In this document: positions 9,284 through 18,205 of the stretch, in pieces
Numbering within the stretch: position 1 is the first letter of the stretch
Layout of the letters: each line of letters opens with the position of its first letter
Virus record (IMG/VR): IMGVR_UViG_3300042549_005931
Coordinates: 62,001 to 126,000 of that record
Strand: one strand, 5' to 3'
Length of the DNA stretch: 64,000 nt
The notes under the pieces: model-generated
Seen by the model: only the letters and a program-made list of their open reading frames with translations
Told to the model about the DNA's origin: nothing
Database searches by the model: none
Translations under genes and position numbers: made by a program

Positions 9284-10129
9284 TTAATAATTCATAATGA
9301 GAAGCTCAGTTCCCATATTTTGTGTTCCGTCTTTCTTAGCCGCCGCCGCTTTAGCGAAATCTTTTTGTTCCCATTTGTATTCATCCTTAGGAAACCATTC
9401 AGATAATTTAGGGAAGTCATAATAAGATAACCCAAATTTACCCTGAATGTTTTTAATACAATCGGCCAATCTTGTGTGGTCATTCACATCAAAATCGTGG
9501 TTGGAATAATAATTCTCAGTTTTCCAATATGGTGGGTCCATATAGAAATATGTCTTAGGAGAATCATATTGTAGAACAACACTTTGGAAATCCATATTCT
9601 CAACAAATGTGATTCTATCAAAATGTTCGCGATACTTTGGATTCTTTAACTTATCCATAAATATTAAAACCTTACAACGATACTTTCCTTTGTAGTCAGT
9701 GTATGCTGCAGTTTCAGGTTTAGACCCCGAAAATACTTGTGTCAATACATAAACATACTTGCCGGCGATATCTAAACTATTACTTTCAGTGATTACTAAG
9801 TTTGGGTCAAATACTTCTTTTTGATATTCTCTAAACATCACACTATATTCAGGTGGAGTATCAACTACACCCAATTGTTGACATGGGTATTTTGCGAGTT
9901 CATCCCATAATACGTCGTAATTTTTAGCACATTTAAATAGATTACTATTTAATCTATTGTAATCATTGTATACCACAGTTTTAAGATTAGGATACTTTGT
10001 CAAATCCATGTTAAAAAATACCCAAAACATACCGGAAAAACCTTCCACATATGTTTCAATGTCTGTTGGGATAAATGGTGTAATCCATTTACCGATACGT
10101 GCTTTACCACCAATGTAAGAAATTGCCAT
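9284..10129 (-). CDS. DNA N6-adenine methyltransferase, D12 (Dam-like) class
   Basis: SYIGGK, YVEGFSG (motif I), YNDYN, FYMDPPY (motif IV), ELLIMNY C-terminus. Confidence 0.88.
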   Translation of the reverse strand: MAISYIGGKARIGKWITPFIPTDIETYVEGFSGMFWVFFNMDLTKYPNLKTVVYNDYNRLNSNLFKCAKNYDVLWDELAKYPCQQLGVVDTPPEYSVMFREYQKEVFDPNLVITESNSLDIAGKYVYVLTQVFSGSKPETAAYTDYKGKYRCKVLIFMDKLKNPKYREHFDRITFVENMDFQSVVLQYDSPKTYFYMDPPYWKTENYYSNHDFDVNDHTRLADCIKNIQGKFGLSYYDFPKLSEWFPKDEYKWEQKDFAKAAAAKKDGTQNMGTELLIMNY

Positions 10130-10156
10130 AATTAAAATTTTTGATTATTTGTTTGA

Positions 10157-10164
10157 CAAATATA
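10157..10164 (-). promoter_or_regulatory. Bacteroidota-type -7 promoter box TATATTTG
   Basis: Exact TAnnTTTG match upstream of the MTase; related boxes at 20903-20910 (TATCTTTG) and TATATTG at 9274, 12166, 12655, 19038. Confidence 0.55.
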
Positions 10165-10224
10165 TGTAAAAGAATCGAATTAAAAAATTATTGATAAATA
10201 TCTTTTTAATGTATATATTGTATT

Positions 10225-10389
10225 ATGGCATGTAAAACTTGTAAACAAAAAAACGGAATACCAGATAATATCAAGGAAGATATTATGAATAATGTAGAAT
10301 CGACCGGTAAAATAGTTCTTTGGATTATTGGTATTTGGGGAGCTCTTGGATTATTTGGTTTGATATCGTTGTTTAGACTATTTCTATGA
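10225..10389 (+). CDS. Small CxxC membrane-anchored protein (54 aa)
   Basis: Below cutoff. MACKTCKQKNGIPDNIKEDIMNNVESTGKIVLWIIGIWGALGLFGLISLFRLFL; TATATTG at 10214-10220; ATGA overlap with the next gene. Confidence 0.75.
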   Translation: MACKTCKQKNGIPDNIKEDIMNNVESTGKIVLWIIGIWGALGLFGLISLFRLFL

Positions 10390-11024
10390 AAAATGGAAAA
10401 TATTTTATAGTTCTCTTCTGTAACAAGAAGAAAGTTAAAATATTATATAAGTGTATGAAACGTACCACTGTGTATGAGTATTGGCGTGAATTTAAAACAG
10501 AAAAGAAACCAAGATACGTAAAACAACAGGGTGGTAAACGTAATCGTGAACTAATATATGAGTTAGGTCTCATATTTCCAAACAATAGGTGGGCAACTCA
10601 AATATGGGTTAAAGATAGTTTAGGTCGTAATGAGCCAGCAATCATTGAAGACGACAAGTTTCGTATTAAAGAAATTGTACCATATTGGGAAGAAGAACTC
10701 ATCTACGATTATTCAATCAAAAAAAGAATTCGATACCATCAAATGATGGAATACATTGAAAGTGTTACAGAGATTGCCCAAATCTTTACACTTAATAATA
10801 AGTTATTTGTTCAAGTAGAGGAAGATGTTCGATTATTTGGCAATAAGAACATCAAAGATGCCGATAGGTTACTTGAATTGGTCAAAGAAGACTTATTAAA
10901 AAAGAAACGTGGTAACTTTATCTTTGTTAGAGATGTTACCACGCATCAAAGGACTTTATTATACAATTTACTTGAATCTAAAGGGTTCAAACGTCAAGAG
11001 TTGTTCAGACACTACTCTTATTAA
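10386..11024 (+). CDS. Hypothetical basic protein
   Basis: 212-aa ORF coupled to the upstream mini-gene. Confidence 0.75.
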   Translation: MKNGKYFIVLFCNKKKVKILYKCMKRTTVYEYWREFKTEKKPRYVKQQGGKRNRELIYELGLIFPNNRWATQIWVKDSLGRNEPAIIEDDKFRIKEIVPYWEEELIYDYSIKKRIRYHQMMEYIESVTEIAQIFTLNNKLFVQVEEDVRLFGNKNIKDADRLLELVKEDLLKKKRGNFIFVRDVTTHQRTLLYNLLESKGFKRQELFRHYSY

Positions 11025-11244
11025 AAACAATGTCCACAAATCCAATTGTTATAGAAAAAGAATCGTCCGGTTTATCCATTTTCCTACCATATTTTTTCTG
11101 AATGTGTTCAAATGAATAATTAAATTCATCGTTTGATAGTTCCAACACTACGGTATTTGATACTGTTTGTACCGACATCTTTTCGATTAAATCCGATATG
11201 ATTGCTAATTGATTTAATAAATCACCCTTTCTTTCCATATCCAA
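11005..11244 (-). CDS. Hypothetical protein
   Basis: 79-aa ORF in the minus-strand run. Confidence 0.65.
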   Translation of the reverse strand: MDMERKGDLLNQLAIISDLIEKMSVQTVSNTVVLELSNDEFNYSFEHIQKKYGRKMDKPDDSFSITIGFVDIVFNKSSV

Positions 11245-11428
11245 ATATCTGTGCTATTTTTTTAATAAATGTTAATTTTTCTTTAGGTGTTGGTTTTGGG
11301 ATTATTTCATCCCTTTTAATTTTTTTTATTTCGTCAATCATCTTCATCTTGTGACTCAGTATCTCCTTCTCGTCCTTCTTCATCTCCTTCGTCAACCAAT
11401 CCATACCCTGTTGTAATTTCTTGTCCAT
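11222..11428 (-). CDS. Hypothetical Lys-rich protein
   Basis: 68-aa ORF overlapping both neighbours. Confidence 0.6.
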   Translation of the reverse strand: MDKKLQQGMDWLTKEMKKDEKEILSHKMKMIDEIKKIKRDEIIPKPTPKEKLTFIKKIAQIFGYGKKG

Positions 11429-11789
11429 AATCAGTTAATAAGTTTATGTCTTTTAATTTGTCTAACGATTCCTTTTTAAATAGTTCTTGTAACTCTTTAA
11501 CTTTCTGTTGGAATAATCTTTGTTTCTCCTCTTCCTCTTTATTTTGATTGATTATCTCCAAAGCACAAGCAAAAGCGACTTCATAACCTTCTTGTGTTGC
11601 GTTTGATATTAATGATAATAATGTGAACCTCTCATTCTTATCTTGTATTTTCATTTTCAAGGAACGATACGGTTTTGCAATCTCCTCGTATTTCCAAGTT
11701 AATGGTAACTTTATATCTAAACTGACATTACTTTCAATCTCCCTAAGAGAATGAAAATATGGTCTTAATGATTTTATTGATTCAAACAC
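11334..11789 (-). CDS. Hypothetical protein with coiled coil and acidic tail
   Basis: 151 aa, GTG start. Confidence 0.7.
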   Translation of the reverse strand: MFESIKSLRPYFHSLREIESNVSLDIKLPLTWKYEEIAKPYRSLKMKIQDKNERFTLLSLISNATQEGYEVAFACALEIINQNKEEEEKQRLFQQKVKELQELFKKESLDKLKDINLLTDYGQEITTGYGLVDEGDEEGREGDTESQDEDD

Positions 11790-11793
11790 GTTG

Positions 11794-11973
11794 TTAAATT
11801 AAAAAATAAGTTATTATGTATGATAACGATGCCAAATAAGATACTTGTTCCAATTTAGTTAGCGTTAGCGGTTTTGGGTCTTCTTCTGTTAGTCTTAATA
11901 CAAACTCAACAACAAAATGCAATATGTATAAAATACATAATACAAATAAAAATAAACTAATCTCTTCCTTCAT
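11794..11973 (-). CDS. Small two-helix membrane protein (59 aa)
   Basis: Below cutoff. MKEEISLFLFVLCILYILHFVVEFVLRLTEEDPKPLTLTKLEQVSYLASLSYIITYFLI; fills the gap between neighbours. Confidence 0.7.
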   Translation of the reverse strand: MKEEISLFLFVLCILYILHFVVEFVLRLTEEDPKPLTLTKLEQVSYLASLSYIITYFLI

Positions 11974-12145
11974 GTCTTTTTATTTCATCTAAAATTTCCT
12001 TACGGAATGTTGCAATAAGTGATTTAACCTCTTGTGCGTTTTTTCTTGCTCTGATTGATGCACTGTGATTTCCTTTCACAAAAACTTTCTTAGTATCTAC
12101 CGATATCTTCTCAACCAGGTCCTTTATTTTTATTAAGGTTTCCAT
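11957..12145 (-). CDS. Histone H1-like protein (Hc1 family)
   Basis: KGNHSASIRARK...LIATFRKE resembles the Hc1 signature KGNKAAGTRARK; 62 aa. Confidence 0.7.
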   Translation of the reverse strand: METLIKIKDLVEKISVDTKKVFVKGNHSASIRARKNAQEVKSLIATFRKEILDEIKRHEGRD

Positions 12146-12183
12146 ATTATTTTGGTTTTTGATAGCAATATAGGGAAAAATAA

Positions 12184-12639
12184 TTACTTTTTCAAGTTTT
12201 GTTCTAATAATTTGTAGATTTCTGTTAACATATCAAGTTCCGACCTTGACTTTTTGTATTTAAAATCGAATAACTTATAAAAGTATTCCGAAATTTTACT
12301 TGACTCATTATCTAATTGTACAAAATAATAAGCTTCTAAAAAGAAATTCCAAAAATATTGGTAGTGTTGACCTCTTTCTTTAAAGAATATTTTTTCTTTG
12401 TTAAAGTTTTCTATTGTTTTATCCCAACACCACGTGAAATGATTCTTTTGGTCTTCTTCTGTTTGGATTACATCATTACCTAAATAAGTTTCATCAATTA
12501 GAGAATGGAATGAATAAATAAAGTCGTAAAAGAGTTCAATTCTTTCACGACTTATATTATATGCTTTGTACCAAATATCAATTTGATTCTTGTAATTCTC
12601 CGAAGTAATAAACTCTAAATAACCTTCTCTATTTTCCAT
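12184..12639 (-). CDS. Hypothetical protein
   Basis: 151 aa, aromatic-rich; own TATATTG box. Confidence 0.7.
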   Translation of the reverse strand: MENREGYLEFITSENYKNQIDIWYKAYNISRERIELFYDFIYSFHSLIDETYLGNDVIQTEEDQKNHFTWCWDKTIENFNKEKIFFKERGQHYQYFWNFFLEAYYFVQLDNESSKISEYFYKLFDFKYKKSRSELDMLTEIYKLLEQNLKK

Positions 12640-12688
12640 AATCCTACTTACTTACAATATAGGTATAAAAGAAAATAAAAAAAAGAAA

Positions 12689-13936
12689 TTACTGAGTTTT
12701 TTTGTTATACCCGTACATCTTTTTCATCTTTTCAATTTCCTCATTGATAAGATTTGTTTTTAATACTTCAGACTCATTAACCTCTTTTGTAGGTGCTGGG
12801 TCTTTTTCATACATTGGAGCCTTTTCTTGTTCTTTTTCTTTTTTATTTGCTCTGTCTGCTAATTTTTTTCCTGTGTTAGTTGGAATAACGTTTCCCGCAT
12901 CGTGTGAATTACCCATTGTAGTATCACCATCTAATGCTTTCTTTAATCTTGCTTTAAACTCTTCTGATGGTTCGCTATCATAATCTAAATCCAATAATGT
13001 ACCACCTCTAAAGTTACTTACAAATTCATCTTCTTTTTCATCATTGTTAACCACAACCTTTTCTCCCTTTTTATTTGCTTCAGGGAATTCAGGATTACTT
13101 CCACCAGGTATTTCTAACTGACCTTTGATTTTTTTCTTTACATCATTTAAGTTAGCATCGTTCTCTTTACCACTTGCAGTACGTACTTTCTTTTGAGTTT
13201 CGATACCCGGTACCGCAGCTTCACTAACCATTTTACTAATTAATGCAACTAACTCAGATTCAGTTAAACGTAAAGTTTTCTTTTTAGATTCCATCATATT
13301 ACCTGAACACTCCGTACACATACCTTCTTCATTCATCATACCACCACACTCGTTACAAGTTTGTGACATTTCGTTAATTTCTTCTTCCATGTATCCGCTA
13401 CCACATTCATCACATTCTTCCTCTTCTTCTTTGGTATCTTGTTTTTGACCTCTAAGAATTTTGAAATCTTCAGCATCTATTTCACCATTATCATTTTTAT
13501 CCAGTTTCTTTTGTCCACCGATTAATTCTTCTTTAGTATCTTTTTTGTTACCTCTAAGAATTTCAAAATCCTCAGCATCAATTTTACCATTGTGATTCTT
13601 GTCTATTTTTTTTTGACCACCTTTTAATTCTTCTTTCATATCGTTGTTTTCTGTTTCTTCTAAATCTTCACCCATTTTATCTAATTTTTCAATCATATCA
13701 CCATGAGACTCATAATTTGCTTTCTCAATGATAAATTGTTTTCCCGGGTGTTCTTTTGCCAATTTATCAACATGTTCTTCAGCTTCTTCTTGTGTGTCAC
13801 AAGTAACAACAGGTTCACCTTCACATGTTACATGATATTTTTCCATCATACCACCGGTAGATTCTTTAAGAATACTTTTCTTAATTTCATCAAAAACGAT
13901 GCTTTCCATGATTGCGTTTAATTCTTCAACTTTCAT
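12689..13936 (-). CDS. Acidic putative head/internal virion protein with two EF-hand-like repeats and a Cys cluster
   Basis: DKNHNGKIDAED and DKNDNGEIDAED; CDECG, CNECGG, CTECSG; RLTESELVALI; TATTTAT box at 13941-13948. Confidence 0.55.
   Translation of the reverse strand: MKVEELNAIMESIVFDEIKKSILKESTGGMMEKYHVTCEGEPVVTCDTQEEAEEHVDKLAKEHPGKQFIIEKANYESHGDMIEKLDKMGEDLEETENNDMKEELKGGQKKIDKNHNGKIDAEDFEILRGNKKDTKEELIGGQKKLDKNDNGEIDAEDFKILRGQKQDTKEEEEECDECGSGYMEEEINEMSQTCNECGGMMNEEGMCTECSGNMMESKKKTLRLTESELVALISKMVSEAAVPGIETQKKVRTASGKENDANLNDVKKKIKGQLEIPGGSNPEFPEANKKGEKVVVNNDEKEDEFVSNFRGGTLLDLDYDSEPSEEFKARLKKALDGDTTMGNSHDAGNVIPTNTGKKLADRANKKEKEQEKAPMYEKDPAPTKEVNESEVLKTNLINEEIEKMKKMYGYNKKTQ
13430..13635 (-). 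repeat. Tandem 102-bp (34-aa) duplication encoding EF-hand-like units
   Basis: cctctaagaatt at 13449 and 13551; EEL.GGQKK.DKN.NG.IDAEDF.ILRG twice. Confidence 0.8.
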
Positions 13937-13937
13937 A

Positions 13938-15260
13938 CTAAATAAATATCTGTTTTATTTCATTTAATACAATTTTTTGAATTTCATTTTTAGGAATACC
14001 CGTATTTTTTGAAACTTCATTAATTGCATCTTGTAATTCTTTATCTTCTTTAATAAATTCTAATGCTCCGGTGTTACCTTGATTACAATACGGGAACTTT
14101 TTACACTTTTCCTTTATCTTAACAAAAACACCACCGGGTCCACCCCATTTAGGAAAATTTTTATCTTTAACCGCTCTACCTTTGTAGATACTATCAGGTC
14201 CATCAATCTTCAATGGGTCCTTACGTCCACCCTTTGGTGTTCTACCAAATGCAGGAACATCATATGCTCCTGACGATGACGCATCCATTGCTTCTTCAAG
14301 TTCTTCTTCGTTCTCGTTTAAATTTGCATTATGTATTGTATGGATTTTTCTTTTTACCATACTACCAAATGCGGGACCTTCAAATGAACCAGATGAACTT
14401 GCATCTGTTTCATCAATATCTTTTTTACCGGATTTTAATCCTGACATTCTTGAAAATTCTTTTTCATTAAACTCCACATTTTCTTTGTGAAATTTATCTT
14501 TCATGTTCTTGAACACTTTTTTTCTGTTTTTGGTGTCTTCAATTTGTTTTAAAATTTCCGCAACACCTATAACCATATCATCATCATGTTCATGAGAATT
14601 TTTACCTTCTTCTATTTTGGATAGTTTACTGTAATATTTTGGGTCTTCCCATAAATGGTCAAACGCAATTTCTTTTGCCTTATCTTTATCATCGGTATGT
14701 TCGGTTTCCACCTTCATTCCCATTTCAAGTTGTTTTTTTAATGACTTAACCATATCATCCATCTGATAATAGTTTTTTGCATTATGTTTTTTAGCAATTT
14801 GAATCAACGATTTATTGTCGGCTAATCCACCCTCTAATTTGTTTGATTCGTTCATATTTTCTATTTTGGCAATAAACACTTTAGGACTTACACCAATTGC
14901 AGCTGCGGTACTTAATCTTGTGTTACCGGCTATTAAGATATATCTATCCCCCAATTTTAATATTAAGGGTCTATTATATTCACCTTTCATAATAGCCTTT
15001 GCTAAAATTTTCGGACTGGTCTTATTATACATTTTGGCAATCTTCATTACCGTATTTGTATCACCTTTTTGGATTTCATTAGATTCAGTGTTCTCTAATT
15101 TACCCCATATATCATTTGTTAATGTTTCTTCTTTAGAATTGTTGAAAGCATTAACCAATTGTTCTACACTAATTTTAATATTTTCGTCACGACTTAGGTC
15201 TTGAACAGCTCTTTGCAGTTCATCCATTTCACCTTCAATGTCGGGTCTTTTATTGTTCAT
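13938..15260 (-). CDS. Multidomain putative head protein: ParB/Srx-like N-terminus, DUF5661-like domain, acidic C-terminal modules
   Basis: PLIL...YILIAGNTRL; QLEMGMKVETEHTDD...AKEIAFDHLWEDPKYYSKL; duplicated DASSSG. Confidence 0.55.
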   Translation of the reverse strand: MNNKRPDIEGEMDELQRAVQDLSRDENIKISVEQLVNAFNNSKEETLTNDIWGKLENTESNEIQKGDTNTVMKIAKMYNKTSPKILAKAIMKGEYNRPLILKLGDRYILIAGNTRLSTAAAIGVSPKVFIAKIENMNESNKLEGGLADNKSLIQIAKKHNAKNYYQMDDMVKSLKKQLEMGMKVETEHTDDKDKAKEIAFDHLWEDPKYYSKLSKIEEGKNSHEHDDDMVIGVAEILKQIEDTKNRKKVFKNMKDKFHKENVEFNEKEFSRMSGLKSGKKDIDETDASSSGSFEGPAFGSMVKRKIHTIHNANLNENEEELEEAMDASSSGAYDVPAFGRTPKGGRKDPLKIDGPDSIYKGRAVKDKNFPKWGGPGGVFVKIKEKCKKFPYCNQGNTGALEFIKEDKELQDAINEVSKNTGIPKNEIQKIVLNEIKQIFI

Positions 15261-15499
15261 TATTTAACATTCTTTAATGCACCCTCCCAAAAAGATTTAC
15301 GTTGCCATAATGTTTTGAACAATTCAACAACAACCTTGGTAGATAAATCAATTATTTTATCGTCAATATTTTTTGTACCCAATTCTTTTTGAACCATTTT
15401 AATTACTTGGCTATGAGCTTGGGTAGTGTCCAAGAAATCTTTAATTTCTTTTCTGGTGATTCTTTCGATTTCTTTTTTATCTTCGTTACTAAGTGCCAT
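15260..15499 (-). CDS. Hypothetical protein
   Basis: 79 aa, TAATG coupling. Confidence 0.7.
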   Translation of the reverse strand: MALSNEDKKEIERITRKEIKDFLDTTQAHSQVIKMVQKELGTKNIDDKIIDLSTKVVVELFKTLWQRKSFWEGALKNVK

Positions 15500-15500
15500 T

Positions 15501-16010
15501 TTAGTTATTATTTCTTTGACTAATTATTGGTTCCATTGAAGTTTTAAACACTTCGTTAAACTTAGCTAACTTCTCTAATGTGTTTGCAACGTTTTGTTCT
15601 AATTTTAACATATCCGCAATAACATATACACCACCATCTTTACCGGCAATAAAAACAAATTTCATATCTTCATCCGTTAATTTACCATCTAATCTAATTT
15701 GGTCAGGGAATATAGAAAACCCAGGTTCGAAGTTTACTATTTGTGAAACTTGTTGTTTGAAATTATCAATGATACCTGAAATTTCTTTCTTTTGTTCATC
15801 CATTAATTTCATATCGGCATCATCTTGTGAATTCATTTTAACGTCAACATCATTCACAACAAGAATATCATCTTTCATGCTTTGTTGTGGTTGAGGCTCA
15901 TCTTGTGCCATTTCAACTTGTTCTCTTAAAATTTTATTCGAAGCGGTTGATTCATTGAGTTTCCTCATCATGTTCAACATTTTCTTATCAAAGTCGTAAC
16001 TATTTTTCAT
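15501..16010 (-). CDS. Hypothetical protein, possibly virion
   Basis: 169 aa, tightly packed. Confidence 0.7.
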   Translation of the reverse strand: MKNSYDFDKKMLNMMRKLNESTASNKILREQVEMAQDEPQPQQSMKDDILVVNDVDVKMNSQDDADMKLMDEQKKEISGIIDNFKQQVSQIVNFEPGFSIFPDQIRLDGKLTDEDMKFVFIAGKDGGVYVIADMLKLEQNVANTLEKLAKFNEVFKTSMEPIISQRNNN

Positions 16011-16011
16011 T

Positions 16012-16617
16012 TTATCTTGGATTGCTAAAGAATACCCTAAAATTAAAAGAAGGGTTTATATCAGTATAAATACTTTCAAAATTGGATTTGCATACAATTC
16101 CGTTGAAATTAGATGCTTTTTCTAAGTATCCTTGTGACGGTACCGTTTGTTTATATATGTCATGTTTTTCACATAACATCTCACAGAGTTCTGCAAGTGA
16201 ATTTAATTGTGTTTCACCGTACTTATCCCAAAAATAATAGTTTCTCCAATTACGTATATGTGGTTCGGACCTATATGGGTCTCCAATCCAATTATGTAAT
16301 ATACCGGTGATTGTGTTTTTATTTAACCAACCCAAATTTTCAATGGCAATTTTTATTTGCTTTCTATCAACCTTAGGGTCGTCAAATGTATTTGAACTGT
16401 AGTCGGTGTCGTATAGTTGATAAACCATACCTAGCTTAGAAACAACAAAATGGGGTACGTCTTCGTACTTCCCATTTTTGCGATACTTTATCTTATTAAT
16501 AAAATCATCTACACGTCTTTGTGTATCATACAGTAAAATCTGTGTTTTTTTAGATTTTCTTTTATGTATGTTAAGTTGTTTGGTATCTAATGTTTCGACA
16601 TTAAAGATTTCTAACAT
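16012..16617 (-). CDS. N-acetylmuramoyl-L-alanine amidase (Amidase_2)-like protein, Zn ligands apparently degenerate
   Basis: PHFVV..LGMVYQL, IAIENLG, YGETQLNSLAELC..L...H.I, TDINPSF; expected His positions read LLYDTQ and VCKSN. Confidence 0.65.
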   Translation of the reverse strand: MLEIFNVETLDTKQLNIHKRKSKKTQILLYDTQRRVDDFINKIKYRKNGKYEDVPHFVVSKLGMVYQLYDTDYSSNTFDDPKVDRKQIKIAIENLGWLNKNTITGILHNWIGDPYRSEPHIRNWRNYYFWDKYGETQLNSLAELCEMLCEKHDIYKQTVPSQGYLEKASNFNGIVCKSNFESIYTDINPSFNFRVFFSNPR

Positions 16618-16719
16618 TTTATGATTTTTTATCGTCAACTTCCCAATATATGTTCTTATATCCTACTGAATTTAACGTTTCCTCCCGGTGGTTTTCTATT
16701 ATTTCTTCGGATGGTTCTG

Positions 16720-17937
16720 TTATTTTTTTTTTTCGTCAATTGCTTCATCAACAATATCTAACATTTTATCTAATTCCTTGGAGTCCGTTTGATAAATTGG
16801 TTCGTCATCTTTATCAATTGGGTCAATACCAATATCCCAAGATTCATCAACTTCGGGTATCTCATCTTCACCCATCGAATATGTTTGTTCTAAAGTTTTT
16901 TTATCTAAATTTTCTAAAAGTTCAATAGCATTTAAATAAGATTCGGGTGAAGATTCTTCCATAGCCTCCAAAATTTCCATTTGATTAAATTCCGCAATTG
17001 CTTGGTCAATTTCTTCATCAGTTAAATCAATTTCATTACTTTCCCAACTTTCAATTTTTTTTAATACTTCATCTTGTTTATCAAGATTTACAATATTTTC
17101 TTTTTCATCCTCCAATCTATATTCACTGTTAGCTAACGCACCAACAGGGTCTTCACTATCATCCTCATATCCTCGTATTTCATTTTGAATTTCTCCAATT
17201 TTTTTCATACGTTCAGCAATTCTTTTAAATTCAATTTTTTGTGCGCGTTCCAATATTTCTTCATCACTTAAAGTCACTTCATCTTTTAAGGAAGCTTTTT
17301 GAAGTTTTTCATATTCTTCTTTCGGTTTTCTATGTAATAGACGTTCTTCAAGTAATGTCAAATCTTCTTCAGACAATCTAACTCTTGAAATCTCCCCAAT
17401 TAAATCAGACGCATCTACTTTTGTTGGTTCTTCTTTCTCTTTTTTATCATCAACAACTAATTCAACTTGTCTTTCACCTTCACTGAATTTTACTAACATA
17501 TGAAGGAATGATAATGATATTAGTGGTAACATACCACCTGAGAAGAACGCCAAGAATCGTTTGTGTCCTATGAAGTCCGTAGGCTCCACCCCCGTTATTT
17601 CTAACAATGGTGATACTAGCTCAACCCAAGATTTAAACGAACTGGCGGTTACATCAATAAATGAATAAGCAAAGAATATATTGCCTATAAATTGTATTAA
17701 TGTAACGATACCGAATGGGAAATAAATTTTCTTTCCCATATTTGCCGAAATTGCGGCAAGTGCTGACAACGCTGCAATTTCAATACCTACTGATAGATAG
17801 ATTGCCCACGTAAAAGGATTTGATATACCGTACCATTGAGTAACGTGTGATATTGAAACCACCGCTACCGTAATGATTGGTATCAAAAACGCTAATATGA
17901 TTATCGTTTTGTAATTATTATGAAACCAAACTTTCAT
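16720..17937 (-). CDS. Multi-pass membrane protein with long acidic tail; possible -1 frameshift extension to 16619
   Basis: About four hydrophobic segments in the first 150 aa; ends GAA AAA AAA AAA TAA. Confidence 0.75.
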   Translation of the reverse strand: MKVWFHNNYKTIIILAFLIPIITVAVVSISHVTQWYGISNPFTWAIYLSVGIEIAALSALAAISANMGKKIYFPFGIVTLIQFIGNIFFAYSFIDVTASSFKSWVELVSPLLEITGVEPTDFIGHKRFLAFFSGGMLPLISLSFLHMLVKFSEGERQVELVVDDKKEKEEPTKVDASDLIGEISRVRLSEEDLTLLEERLLHRKPKEEYEKLQKASLKDEVTLSDEEILERAQKIEFKRIAERMKKIGEIQNEIRGYEDDSEDPVGALANSEYRLEDEKENIVNLDKQDEVLKKIESWESNEIDLTDEEIDQAIAEFNQMEILEAMEESSPESYLNAIELLENLDKKTLEQTYSMGEDEIPEVDESWDIGIDPIDKDDEPIYQTDSKELDKMLDIVDEAIDEKKK

Positions 17938-18203
17938 TATTTGTTAGATTCTAATTTTTTTATTTCTTCGTCAATCTGTGTTTGTCTTTGAACATCTAAA
18001 ATTTTTCTATCAGATGCTTGGATTGAACGTTTCTCGGATTTTAATCCTTCGATTTGCATTTGTTTATTTAAACGGCCTTCTAATTCGGTCATTTCTTTTC
18101 TAACCTTAGTTATTTCTCTTGTGTCACCACAACTTTTTAAAAAACCTAATAATGATATCACTAATACAATCATAGTGAATTTTTCTTCGATAAATTTTTT
18201 CAT
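17937..18203 (-). CDS. Membrane-anchored or lipoprotein coiled-coil protein (spanin-like?)
   Basis: Hydrophobic stretch ending FLKSC, then heptad-rich helix; TATTTATA at 18207-18214. Confidence 0.5.
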   Translation of the reverse strand: MKKFIEEKFTMIVLVISLLGFLKSCGDTREITKVRKEMTELEGRLNKQMQIEGLKSEKRSIQASDRKILDVQRQTQIDEEIKKLESNK

Positions 18204-18205
18204 GT

